Of a stretch of DNA of 64,000 nucleotides, positions 1-12,999 are shown one piece after another (position 1 is the first letter of the stretch; each line of letters starts with the position of its first letter). The notes under the pieces are model-generated. The model was not told where the DNA came from. It was given only the letters and a program-made list of their open reading frames with translations, and did no database searches. The stretch comes from Azolla caroliniana (lineage: Eukaryota > Plantae > Polypodiophyta): positions 868,001 through 932,000 of the forward strand of contig JBHGNT010000008.1 of assembly GCA_043228905.1 (NCBI GenBank), written 5' to 3'. Position numbers and translations under genes: made by a program.

Positions 1-20
1 GCTGGTGGCTAACCTTTATC

Positions 21-463
21 TGGATGATTAAGCTGCAGCTAGCTGTACAGAGGCTCCTATCAGATCTTTGAGTTATAATTATGCAGAGGGGCTGGAGCAA
101 CAACTGCTCCTCATGGTGGATGAAGATCATGAAATACTTGAAGATAGTCGCGAAGATCCTCCAGCTTGGAGATTAGCATGTTAATTAGGAACTTCATGTA
201 GAACTAACTGGAACTTCATCACCTATATATAAGTTAGAAAATGGTTTAGTTATTGAATCCGTGCAATATATTAATAGACTAGGAAAGCATAAGTTCCTAA
301 TTCACCTGCTGATCTCTGAGCTGGAGGATCTTTACAACTATCTTAAGTATTTCGTGATCCTCATCAAACATGAAGAGCAGCTGCTGCACCAGCTCCGCTG
401 CATAATTATCACCAAAAGATGTGATGGGAGCCCTTGCACAGCTAGCTGCAGCTTAATCATCCA
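21..463. repeat. Long inverted repeat: arms ~21-198 and ~288-463, ~90-bp spacer
   Basis: The reverse complement of 288-463 (tggatgattaagctgcagctagctgtgcaagggctcc...ttaggaacttatg) aligns to 21-198 (tggatgattaagctgcagctagctgtacagaggctcc...ttaggaacttcatg) with scattered mismatches. Confidence 0.9.
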
Positions 464-885
464 TCGTCTTGCCCCTGACAACCTTGTTCATTATAACCCC
501 CCCACAGGTCAAAATTACAGACTGATATGTATGTACATTTTATGCTTTGAATATTCAATGTTTGGAGGATGCAAGGAGTGGTAATGTCACTGTTGATATA
601 CATCATGTGTGTCATCAAATTGTTCAATTCCTGGAGGCCATACATTTTCATGGACATCTGGCCGCTATTGAATACATATGGAGCCGCTTCAAACATCCTG
701 AATATCTCAGGAAACAAAATGAAAGCATTTTCCTTGGGAACCACTCATTAAAGCAGAATGTCCCATTGTTTTTGCATGGTAAGCTACCATTGGTTCACAT
801 CAAGTCAGCCACAGGAGCACAACTTGAAGAAGAGTAATCCTGTGGTGGCCATGGAAGTATTGCCCTGTGCATATCTATTCACATG

Positions 886-933
886 GATGATGATGATGAT
901 GATGATGAAGAAGAAGAAGAAGATGATGATGAT
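886..933. repeat. (GAT)n(GAA)n compound microsatellite
   Basis: gatgatgatgatgatgatgatgaagaagaagaagaagatgatgatgat seen directly. Confidence 0.9.
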
Positions 934-2253
934 ATGAAACGTGCATCTGTTTTGATATGGACCAGCTCCAACGAGAAGCTTAGAATCAGTCCTCGCTGTT
1001 GTGACCTCTGCTGCAGCTCCAACTAGAATAAATATAACTGTAAACAAAATATTTATATGGGCAGCAAGAAGAGCAGTAGTTGCATCATCTGCGTTGCGGT
1101 GGAGGTGATGATCTTGGAGAGAGGAGCAGCAAGAAGCAATGTACTGGTTCTGGAAATGACAGTTGAGGTTTTTCATAATATGATCTTGTTTTAATGAAGC
1201 CCAAATATCTTAGAAGTATAGGCGAGTCCAGCTTGCGGAAAGGACAAACTGTTGTGATAAATTATGTCGACGATGTTGATTCTCATCATAAAGCGGGTGA
1301 TTGACATCTACAAAGAGTTCTTCCATGAGTGTGGAAGCTGCCATGAAAGACCACTAGAGTCATGAAGTGGTGGGGAGACGTAAAATCATGTTTTCTCATT
1401 GCAAGAATGGCAGAGTATTGTTTCTAAGAACTAGATGTGCCATAAGCATCAGCATGACTCCTCCTCTAAAGTAGGGCATTTTGTACATGAAGATACTTCA
1501 TGTCAATGGGCTGAGCAAATCTAGTGTCCCGCACAGGTCATGGATGCGCTTGCCTCCAAGTCCACCATGGCATCTCTACGCGTTAAATGTGAATCTTGAC
1601 TCTTGCTATTTCAACAACTGTACCTGAGACTGGTGGTGCCATGACTTGCCTTACAAGAATTCTGCGACTTTATTGGTTTGGTATGATCCTCTCTGTTTGT
1701 TTCCAGCAGGAGCTCCAATGAGAATAATTATATGAGCAGCAAGAAGCATTAACCAACAAGAGTTGCTCCTCGGGCTTGGAATCCTTCACTTGACATGGTA
1801 AAGTTCTTGCCCCTCTAATCTTTATACCATACATGCTGTCAAATCAAATTCATATAAAGTGCCCTTAAGCTTCCATTTTTCCCTCCTAAATGTTGAATCT
1901 TGATTCATTTGTTTTGGCTTAAATCCTAATTTCCTTTTCTCTGATGTCGATCTCATGTTTTTCTCTAGAATATAAACTTCAATTCATTTGTTTTTCCTGA
2001 TTATGCCTCGATGCACGTCTCATTTACATCATTTTATTTAACAATTCTTCTCATTTGCTTTGAATTCATTTCAATATGTGTTCCCTTTTTTCCTGATCAA
2101 TGTTTGTTTTCTTGTGGTCAGGTTTCCATTCCAGCCTCTGACAAACCTCATCAAAGTGAGCCCTGAAATTCAAATAGCCAAGGCTTCGCTTGTACACCAA
2201 CAATGTCTACTTCTGCCTTAATCCTTCTCATTATATGATGATGTGTCCATTTT

Positions 2254-3325
2254 GACCAATCTTGGTTTGATTGTATGTCGACAGAACCAGAAAATAAAGG
2301 GACCAATCTTGGTTTGATTGTATGTCGACAGAACCAGAAAATAAAGGGGTCTTTTTATTATCTTTTTTTACCAAGAGTATGTTTGAAATAAGTGTTATAT
2401 ATGGGATTTTGGGGCCTTCACAAGAAAAAATTGCATCAGCAAGTAAGCATGCTCATGTGTTCGAATCACGAGTAGGTTACTATCAATGTATATATATACC
2501 CATATGAAATATCTGCACCTTTTCTTAGACAGAGCAGAGATGGAAGCATATATATTGTTGTTAGGATGGTAATGGACCCATATGAAAGAGGAGAAACCAT
2601 TTTTCTTGTTTGACAAGACTATTCATGTTTTAGGCGTGAAAGATCGTAACTGTATATATGCCTTGACAATAGTAGGTTTGTCATGTTGCAAGTAGCTATA
2701 GCCAGCCTACTAACATCTCCCATAAATTAGAATGTACAAGCCTAAACATCTATGTGTTGACAAACTGATGTAAGGAGCGAATGAGCTTTTAACATGTAGC
2801 CTATATAATGTATCACCTTAAAATATGGGTTGCAAGTAGCTCTAGCCCACCTATTAACATCCCTTAAATTAGAATGTACAAGTACAAATATCTATGTGTT
2901 GACAAACTCATAGAAGGGAATGAGCCTTACAATATGTAGCCTATAAAATGTTCCGCCTTAAAGTATGCTGTCTGGATCATTATATGAGTCACCCTCATTG
3001 TTTACATTCATAAAGCAAACCCTAACCCTAAACTCAAGAGCTTCAACAATATTAAGGATGCGTTATTTTATTCATGTATAGCAAGTTAGCAACGGCAATG
3101 ACATTGCTTAACTCTTGCGTTGATATGAAGTGATTACATTTAGAAATAAAATTATTGTAACTAATTTGCATGCTCTCAGAGATAAGGTGATATTTTTATT
3201 TTATTAGCATTGACATAAAGCAATGGCAATGACATTGCTTAACTCTTGAGTTGATCAAAAGTGATTTCATTTAGAAATAAAATTATTGTAACTAATTTGC
3301 ATGCTCTTGGAGATAAGGTGGTATT
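2254..3325. repeat. Three short tandem duplications (~47 bp at 2254-2347, ~140 bp at ~2687-2970, ~129 bp at ~3094-3325)
   Basis: Repeated strings gaccaatcttggtttgattgtatgtcgacagaaccagaaaataaagg; ttgcaagtagct..agccc/agcctac..aaattagaatgtacaag; ggcaatgacattgcttaactcttg..gagataaggtg. Confidence 0.85.
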
Positions 3326-5399
3326 TTCAACATATTGTTAATGTCATTTTATCAAAATTGACTCAAGTTGATGAAATTGAATCTCTCTAGGTTTCCAAGT
3401 TTCAACCATACATTATTTACCATTACAATATCACATATTTGAAATGTGTGAATTTTACCAACATAAGATGAATCTAAAAGCAATGATTTGTTAGCCAAAA
3501 TCAATGGGGATGTCTAACATCTATTGTATAATACATACAAGCAATGATTTCACATTGTGCTTTAGCATTTCATACATTGGATCAATATTGTGGCTCTCTC
3601 ATGTCCCCACTTCTACAAGGATTCTATATTATATCCTCATACCATAGCATTAGAGATGAGATGTTTTTGTTTAGGGTTTAAAGCTTGGATTGAATTTTTG
3701 ATGTTTAGTAGCAAGATGGTAATGACTCATGAGTATGGAAAAAAAGAAAAAAAGAAAAAAATGAACGTCTTCTAAGACCAAAATTGGCACATGAGACAAA
3801 TGTAACAATAAGGGGATGCGTACACAATTATAGAAAATAAAATAAAACTAAAAATAGAAGTGGCTGAAAGGGCCAACGATAGGATTTAAACAGGAAAACA
3901 GAACATAAATAAAAGAGTTATATTGTGATACAAAAGTGCGATGGCCGATGAGACTAGTTTCATTTCTAGTCAAGTCTCTCAAAAAGGTGTCGGGCGATGA
4001 AAGGTTTCAATGTGGGTGTGGCCTGTGGTTTCGATGTAAATGCGATCATAGATTCTAGGTAGCATGAATCGCGTACCCTTATCTTCTGAATGTCTACTGC
4101 AGAGAAGGCTTAGGGTGTCGGGTTACATCTTTAACAGAGTTACGGCTGTGAGAACCCCATCAAAATTATAAGATCAAGATGTGATTTTCGACTTGCTGTT
4201 TTGGTACTAGCAGAAAGTTTACTCTCACAGATTCTTAAGTGCTTCAGATACATTCCTCAATATGAAATAAAAAACAATGGAACCTTTGTCTCGTGGAATT
4301 CAAGCTTCTTCCCTGTAATGGTGTCATGCAGCAATATATATCTGCATCAAAGCTCCATAGGTAAATATACATACCTTGCAGAGAGACATTACCATTATCT
4401 AATAGAAAAACATGTGTAATACAAGATTGTACAATTAATCCTATGTTCTTTTGTCTACAAAATTATCATCAGTATAATGCCCCCAGTGCAATCGAATGTG
4501 AATAAAAACTCGTCAAGCTTGTTGATGTTTGATAGTATTATAAACTAGTAACCAAGTGACTGAATGAGTTTCCTGGATGTTATGGATCGTTGCACTAACC
4601 AATATTGCAACTGAGAATCATGGAAAATTCTGTGGGCTAGATCATGGACTGATATTTTACTATATACCAAAGTTCAATACTCCTCTTTATTAATTTTCAT
4701 TATCATGTTCATACGATTAGATTACAAAATATTTAGTTAAAAGTATTTGAAGGAGTTTTACCACCTTGAAAGCTCTGTTACAAGTTCAACTGGTGCTGCA
4801 GGTAATATCTGCAGAAATAAATGACCAAGATTTTATTAAGAGATTTTGTCACGTATTTTTAACTTGCTTCAAACCTTTGGATTAGGAAAACTCACCATTT
4901 CTCCTCTTCAATGACAGATAAATCATATTTGAATATTTACATTCATCATTGTGAAGCTTAGAAGTAAAAAATAAAGCTTCAAATACATGCATAAACACAT
5001 AATGGACTTTCAAGTTTTACAAATGAACCGAGATGAGATAACTGTGACCTACTCACATTGAAACTAGGATAAAATTAAGAATATTGAACCAGGGAGAAGA
5101 GGAAAAGCCAAGTGGAAATGATCTTAAATGATATAAAAAATAGACCACATAATCTAGGGTGAATAAATTATGGATTACAACCACTTACAACACAAGATTC
5201 TTTCACTGTTGTGGATCTAAAGGATAATGCACATGAAATGGTGAACTATATGAACTACAAAATAATATGAACCTCAGCATATTTGTCTTCCTTTGCTATA
5301 GATTCAATGAACCCCTTCATCATCTTGCTCGCAGGTTTTTAGACTATATAGCATTCCATGCACTGGTTGAATTTAATGCACAACGTGGGTTCCCATCTT

Positions 5400-6520
5400 A
5401 TCAGCTTGCAATAGGTGCCCAATAAAGACCTCCCATCTTCTTATGAGTGCTTAGATGATTGACAGCACCCCCAGAGTCCAATATAAGCTTGTTAGTGCAG
5501 AATTGGCAGAAATCCCATGTGAATGGAATTTGGATCCTGACGTCTATCCTTGGCTCTCTCCAAATAAGAGAAATCAAGTACTGAGATAATATATCATCCT
5601 TCCAACTTGGTCAAGACCCCAAGGAAGGTAACCCGCCCTGTAAGGTTGTGAATAAAAACATTTGCAAGAAGGAAAAGCATACAGATGAAGGTAGCTCAAC
5701 TAAGCTTTGAGAGAATGAAAAAAGAAGGGCTAGTTTTGAGCAGAATGTTGACCTATTCCACATTTGCTCGATGCTTATTCAAAAGGAGAGTTTTATAAAG
5801 AAACTCCCGATATATTCACAGTGTTCAAGCAATTGACCTGAAGCTAGATGCTCTTTTTAGTTCTCTTATCAAAGCACTTTGTAGAAGTGGACATATAGCA
5901 ACAGACGAGTGGGTGACGGTGGGCATCCTTGTTTTTACTCCAATTGTGCTAGCCACAGCCTCCAACAAACCATTGGAAACCGCACTTTTCCTAACACAGA
6001 TTCATGCAGTGCATATATTCCCCATTGCATATCTATAGGGATACCAAGGGCTTCTAGCCGTTGCATAAGATGAGCAAGTGGCACAGTGTCAAAAGGCTTT
6101 TCATATATACACAAAGCAGCAATATATCCTCTTATTATGCCCTAATCATTAAGGGTTCGGGGGATCAATATGTGATCCAAACTTGTGAACCCCTTCCGGC
6201 TGCTTGCCTGTTGAGGTGAACTGCAGCCTCAATGACACTAGGATCAAGCCGTATAGTTAAGCCATAGTTGCTCAGCATCATGGGGTCTCCAACTATTGAG
6301 GATTGGCACAATGATATGTTTTTCCCATCTGGTAGGGAAACTTTTACACATAGCTAGCTCTATGAAATATGTGTGCTAGCAATGGGAGCAAGATGCCACT
6401 GGCATAGATAAAGCATTTACCTACCAATCCATCATGATCTTGGCCTTCTGAAATTATTACCGATCAATGGCATTTCTTACATTTTGTGAAGTAAAAAAGT
6501 GGATTCACGTGGTTGTGAGC
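5400..6520 (-). mobile_element. Degenerate non-LTR retrotransposon RT remnant (RTE/RTEX-like) in an intron of the PUR7 pseudogene
   Basis: Minus strand gives broken RT motifs: CCFV..KAFDTVPLAHLMQRLEALGIP (~6030-6125), VASTIGVKQGCPPSPT (~5910-5970), QDHDGL..YA..LLPLLAHIF and IIVPI. Confidence 0.75.
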
Positions 6521-6710
6521 CCTGTGGGTGAGGAACTGGAGGCTGCCCTAGGATATCATATAGTATCTATGCATATTCATGCCACACCTTAGGTAAGGTC
6601 AGTTGTGTGGTAGGTTGCCTCTCATTAAACATTTTCCATGCTCTTCTACTTTCTTGTGCTAGGAACAACCAGTACACATGCTCTTCAAATTCAGGTAAAT
6701 GGATAATTCC

Positions 6711-6859
6711 CAAGAAATGGTGTATGACAATTGACCTTCAATGATTTTAATTACAAACACTAGTCTACCTTAAAAGATTTTTTCAAACAGAAATGGTGTA
6801 CGACAATTGACCTTCAATGATTTTAATTACAAACACTAGTCTACCTTAAAAGATTTTTA
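6711..6859. repeat. 75-bp tandem duplication
   Basis: agaaatggtgta(t/c)gacaattgaccttcaatgattttaattacaaacactagtctaccttaaaagattttt occurs twice. Confidence 0.9.
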
Positions 6860-9399
6860 CAAAATAAGTTTGACGGCATTTTCAGAATCGAACAAACTTA
6901 GCTTGCAAAGCTTACCTCATTTCCAGAAATGGGAACATCATGATCTTTGATTTTTTCCAAGCCCTTCCATTTCAATTAATAGTGGTAGGTAAAGAAGGAC
7001 AATTCCATGTTCAAATACTCCATATACATTAGTTCAGATACTGCGATATCAAAGTGTCCAAATAGAGCAATTTGACAATAGACATAAATTGTTCATTACA
7101 GGTTCCATGTTGAGCTATAATGCTGAAAAACACCTCTATTACAGCTTTGTCATAACCACAATTAATGAAATGAACATATGCCATGCAAATATCTGCATCT
7201 TTACCATCAGGTAAATCAATGCCGCAGTAGTTATGGACACCTTTATTGTAAACAGTTCATAGAGATGTGCTTCTGCTTTATGTTACGAAACCACGAACTG
7301 TCAAAGAGAGGACACTAATGTACATATCAAGTGTATAAAAGCTTCAAGGTGGATACAAAGTATCGCATACATTCATCATCCATAATATATCAAAGAAAAT
7401 AGTGCCCCTTAGCAAATATACAGAAAGGAACTCTACTGGAGCTATAATCACATTGGGATCAGGAGCTGCTACAACTGCATTTGGAACGATGCACTTAGTA
7501 GCTATAGTCACATTGGGATCAGGAGCTGCTACAACTGCATTCGGAATGATATTTTTGTTCTTATCAAAGCACCACAGGCTAGTCTGATTCAAAACCTACA
7601 GAAAAAAATGATTGTTTACAATGAAAAAAATAAAAATTCCAATTGTATGGACAGAAATTGGAATGTTTGAAACATGGAAATGGGGCCTCCATATAATGAA
7701 ATATAGACAATAAAACTGGGGACAAGGAAAGACATAGCAACCTCCCAATCATTTGTATATTAAAGTAATGTGTATTTAATACTTGCATTTCTCCAATGAT
7801 TAGTGCATTGAAGCATGTGTATCGTGGAAATGGCAACTCGATATAAGGACATATAGATCATAAAACTCAGTACAAGAAAATAGACAGCAACCTCCATATC
7901 ATTTGTTACTTGTAAATTTCAGCATTGTGTATTTGATAGGTACATGTATCCGTCAAATGATTAGTGCATTGAAACATGTGTATATTTGATTTATGCACGC
8001 ATTCCTCCATCCCCTCAAAATACATACCCAGTTGGCATATAAGAGATCATTTTAGCAGTTCATGAGAAGCAAAGTCATTTTCTTACATCAATCAATGTTA
8101 CCGAGTTCTTGGCAAATGAACTTTTTTATGAGTTTAAAAAAATGCATACCTGTCCTTTGAAAGGAACAGCTGCTAATACTCTATCAAACGCACTCGATCG
8201 ATCCGTTGACACCAGGATTACATGATGGCCTGCCTCATATATATCTCTTACCTGTAAACAAAACCTCGATGTATAGATTAATATCCATTTAATTTATCGA
8301 CACCAAATAAGGGATTCAAACATCAGGATGGTGACAGAAGTAGCACATGGAAAAATCTAGGTTAAATGCAAAGTCGAAAATGTCCATCATTTGAATATTT
8401 CCATGTATACATTTTCTGCAAACTCTGCTCATTTCTCTTTTGTCTTCAATATTTGATAGCCTACGAGCAAATCTAGGACCAAAAATGACGCCCCTTTGAT
8501 ATACACACACATACACGAACATACCTTGCCTGTGGAGGAGGGACCAAGGCCAGGAATGGTTTGGTGGAGATGAGTTTCCGAAAGGCAGTTGGGAATCTGA
8601 CTCTCAAATTCTTCTTCTTCCTCCTCCTCCTATCCCTATTCCTTCCATTACTTCTGTTAAGAAGACTTATCTGAGAAACAGGGATAGGAAAGCAGGAGAA
8701 GGAGGTCGAGGGAGCTGCCAGCGCCGCCGTTGCCGCCATCTGCTTACTAACAAGCTATAGCTAAGTATCAGGATTCAGAACTAGACAAGACCAGATTTTC
8801 CTTAGCATCAGGATTCAGAACTAGACAAGACAGTGTATAGCAAGGAAGGAACACTATCAGGGTGGATATCCTAAACCTAAACAAGAAAGGAGAAGGGGAA
8901 ACATACCAAATTTTCCTTAGCACATACCAGAGTTTTTTAGCCAAGAAGAGGAACCATGTATACACAATCCATGTATTCTAAATACAATAAGGAGATTAAA
9001 ATACCTGGGATATATGGAAGCTTACGAGGAAATAAAGGATCGAGTTTCCGCTATGGATCTTCCAATCTATCAAAAAATAAAGAAGAAAGAGGAAGACTCA
9101 CTTTAGCCTACACAAACATGCAGTCACATTTAAATGTAAAAGAAATTGAGGGAAAATCTATTGCAAACAATATTGAGAGAAAAGATCAAGGGGAAAAAAG
9201 ACAAAGAGAAGAAATTATGCATGAATTTCAAGTTCACATTCAAAAGAAACGTATTCCATCTTTAGCGTCATTGTTACTAGTCTTAGATCACTCCAAGAAC
9301 CTATAATATCCAGGGATGTATATATGGAGAAAGCATTCTAAATAGATAGAGGACATTCTATGAAGCAAATATGCTCTCCCTCCCCTAGTTGCTTCGGCC

Positions 9400-12300
9400 T
9401 CTACATAGATGACGTAGCAACATGGAAATGGTGAGGTTTTATGTTGATAACATAATCTTGGTGTCTAAATCTCGTGGAAGTATACAATATCATCTCAATG
9501 ACCTATATGGTATTCCATGCGAAAAGGGGCTCACAGTAAACCCCTGGGAAATACTAAGGCCATGAACTTCCATGCATCCACGTTGACTTTCTAATAAGTT
9601 GTCTTCAACCTATTAAGAGGGCAGGTTGAAGTGATGGGTTATTGTCTATATCTAGGGGCCAAATTTTCAAGCATAAATGGGAATTTCTCTATGAGCATGC
9701 TGCCATGGATCGATTCACTTAAGGATATACAACTTTGTCTATCCTTGAACTTTGGCACACTTCCTCCCCTACCGTTATGTATGATGCAACCATATGGGCT
9801 CTAAGACGCCCCATGTACATATGGACATAAGAGAGTCCACTAATCATTATGTTGTCCTAGATAAAGTATAATTGATAAAGATTGTAGTGTTGGATGCAAA
9901 TGAACAAAAATCTAAAGACCTTCCAAACACTTTGATCGAAAAACTTTAGTTGTAAGCAATATTATAATTGAAGTGGAAAACTTTGTATGCATGGCACATC
10001 AAGTGGAGCATGCTCTCACCTTTGCATCAACATCCCATTGTCCATAAGATTTTCCAAGCTTGACGCACTACCGTCAACTACATTCGTTAAGCGACAATCA
10101 CTTTGCCAATTACATTTTGACTTTGATTTCCATCAAGCCAATGGTTTCTATATAAAATATAATAAACCAACTTTAGTCAAGAATGGTTTACAATTGTCGC
10201 AGTCCAAAACAATCACTAGTAACACTAAACCCATACATACTAGTTATGATTTAGTGAGTCTTAACTTTTTAATCCAAACTTTGTTAATCCATACATCAAT
10301 CAATCATTGTGAAATTGCATGGGATTTTGTAAATTTCTCACGAAATCATCAACAAGGCCACCACATTTTGCTTGGGGCAATCAATTGGGTACTATCATCA
10401 AGAGTCAAGATTTCTCAACCTAGATTTCAACAATCCATCAATCCCCCAAATTCCAGTCATTAGCACATTCCTATAAAGGTTCTTTTTTTAACAAGCTATT
10501 TGGCTAACCAATGGAAAACTTCCTTCTGCATGAAGTTTATTGAAATTTCAAGCAAGAACGGGACAATTCCATCATAGTTGTACAAGGAGAAGTTCATCAC
10601 CAAGATCTCAAATCTATGCATCAATCCAATGTTGCCAATAATTAATGCATCATTCTAGAGCCCGAGAGAAAAATTTATCTTTTAAACCAATAGAAAAATT
10701 TGTCTATGCATAATCTCGCACCGGGCGAAATTAAGTGTACACTATGGTGAAATCTTTAATGTTGAACGTTATTTATTGTTTTCAACAATAATAATCGACA
10801 ATCCATCCATCCACCAACGCATAACAAATAAATTTGTTTGCAATTTCAAGCACAATTCAAACTAGGTATACAAAGAGAAAACCATGATACTCATAGTCCA
10901 AAACAAGCACCGGTACCACTAAACCCATACATACTAGTTATGCACTTATATAAATTGAGGAGCTTTAACTAGAGTAAATTTGTGGGGATAATGGTACCAT
11001 TTTAATGGGTAGTACTGAGATTGAATGGGAAAAAAGGGATTTCGAGAGTCTGGACATTGAATAGAAAAAAGGTGCATGTGTATTCATGACAAAAACCTGT
11101 CTGTGATATACACATGCATACATATTTGCATCCTCAAATTGGAGTAAATGCATATGGAATTCATACCTTTTCTATATTCATGTCTAGTGATTTTGGGGGA
11201 TATCTTTGATACGAAGCATTTTATTGCTTCTCTGCGAGAGATTAACTATGGATTATCAAGGATTTTCCTGCGAAGTTCCTTTTAAAAGTGAGGAAAAGAA
11301 CGATTAGTTCTTTGCCTCTAGTTAGTTGGTCGAATGAATCCTACTCTACGTGGGATGTGAGCAGGGAACAGAAAGACACAGAGAAGGAAAAATAGGCAAG
11401 ATACATACCTCAGAGAGGTTAGCCAGAGATGTCGCGCAATCGGCGAGCGGCGAGCAGACAGAAATCTCCACGCTCAGGTAAAATATGTCAAGCTAATTTC
11501 GAGCTACGAGCGTATCAAATATGAAATATAGTTGTCGCCAACATTTTGCTCGTTTTGTAGGGAAACTCTCAAAAGACCCGTCTGTCCTTTGTTCTTCGCA
11601 ATTCCCCCCCAGCCACGGACTTCGCTTGTTTATGTTTTTTGTATATCCTTCTTTGTCTTGCTCTTTGCTAGTGTCATGACTCATCGTGAAGAAAAAGAAG
11701 AAGACCACAACAAATGAAACAGATTGTGAATAGATTTTGGAGAGAGGGTTTAGTATGTACGTTCATTCCTATATGGCTCCCCATGGTGAATAGGATCCAA
11801 TGCCCATCCCATTAGTTATCATTGGATACAACATGCTTGGATGTCCTAAAGTACGATTTTTTGGTTCCCGATCCATTGCATAGAAGGGAAAAGATGACTC
11901 TTATTGCATTGAATTGAGTAATCTTGATCCCATTCTATTTCATTGTATATATTGTGAGACTTTCATCAATTTTTGCTTGTATTCTTTGTACAAAGCGACA
12001 CCAAACAACATATATATCCATTTACATATAAGTGGGGGGATTGCATGTGTTGTGATCGTTTGGTCTTATTTACTTTAAACAACCTCTTCCCACATAAAGA
12101 AAAATCATCATGTATTGCAATTTGCAATTGAATCCATATTGATGAGTGATCCAAAAGTTGAGAATGTGTTGTGATGGAAATTTTAATCAACCACATTGGA
12201 TTACAATTGCTTCCACGAGTCAACCATAGACAATGTTTCATGCATTTGTAACCATTCATAGTTTTCCATATTTCACAAAAAATATAAAATATAAAAACTT

Positions 12301-12460
12301 CAGCTATTGTCTCCAAATTTTGTTTTCATTCTTAGTAAGTTGTATAGTTGCAATTGCCATTGCATGTTAGACATCTAGTACCACATGAACAACCATACTA
12401 AGCCACTACATTATAATGTGTAGCATGCACATGCAAACTTTGCACATTATATTTTGAATT
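9400..12460 (-). mobile_element. Highly degenerate L1-like LINE remnant(s)
   Basis: 11490-12460 is the inverted homologue of 21860-23090, which carries an APE endonuclease-like VCGDFND motif. ~10030-10130 (-) loosely resembles the plant L1 'KV.W..VC....GGLG' segment. No intact ORF. Confidence 0.45.
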
Positions 12461-12999
12461 TGGTTCACCAAAGTCAATCATTCAACTCTCAAGATTGGAA
12501 CTAACAATGTTCCATAATATGTAAAGTTTGATTATGGTACATGTTATTTGTTATCTTGTGAATGTAGACCGCATCTGTGGTGTGCATGGGTGCACCATTC
12601 ATAGTTGTGGACTTGGAAATATGCATATGGAAATACATGAAATTTTACTTGTGCATAAGTGGATAGTGTCAAGAGAGTGGGTGATATATAATATCGTCGG
12701 GTGTAATAAATATTTTCGGCTAATAGTTCATGACCATGGAGAGACACTTGGATTGGCAAAGTATACACACCTAGACTAGAAAACAGAAAGTTGAGACACA
12801 AGGAGTTGCAAGTCTGATGACATGAAGAAGACTACGTAGACACTCTAACTCGACATCAACGTCTCTAATGTTCTCCGTGCTCATCCAACCTCATTTGGTT
12901 GAACCACAAAGTATAGAACCATTCGTGTCTCTAAATCCTCATATAATGTTCTTTTGGACCAAGGATGAAAATACCTCTTCTTGTAGAACCCCCATTACC

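Larger units (their letters stand above)
4284..8739 (-). pseudogene. PUR7: SAICAR synthetase (phosphoribosylaminoimidazole-succinocarboxamide synthase, plant PUR7/purC) unprocessed pseudogene
   Basis: Exons translate to NCLSETHLHQTIPGL..GK|VRDIYEAGHHVILVSTDRSSAFDRVLAAVPFKGQ|VLNQTSLW..PNAVVAAPDPNV|RGFVT*SRSTSL*TVYNKGVHNYCGIDLPD|..DHDVPISGNE|ILPAAPVELVTELS|YILLHDTITG. There is a frameshift after the transit-peptide-like N-terminus, two in-frame stops near 7260-7280, a 60-bp intra-exon duplication and a deletion in the KNQK..DHD exon. Confidence 0.9.

Noticed and set aside
1200-1800. Coding-like sequence near the window start
   Set aside because: All frames are interrupted and no family could be recognised
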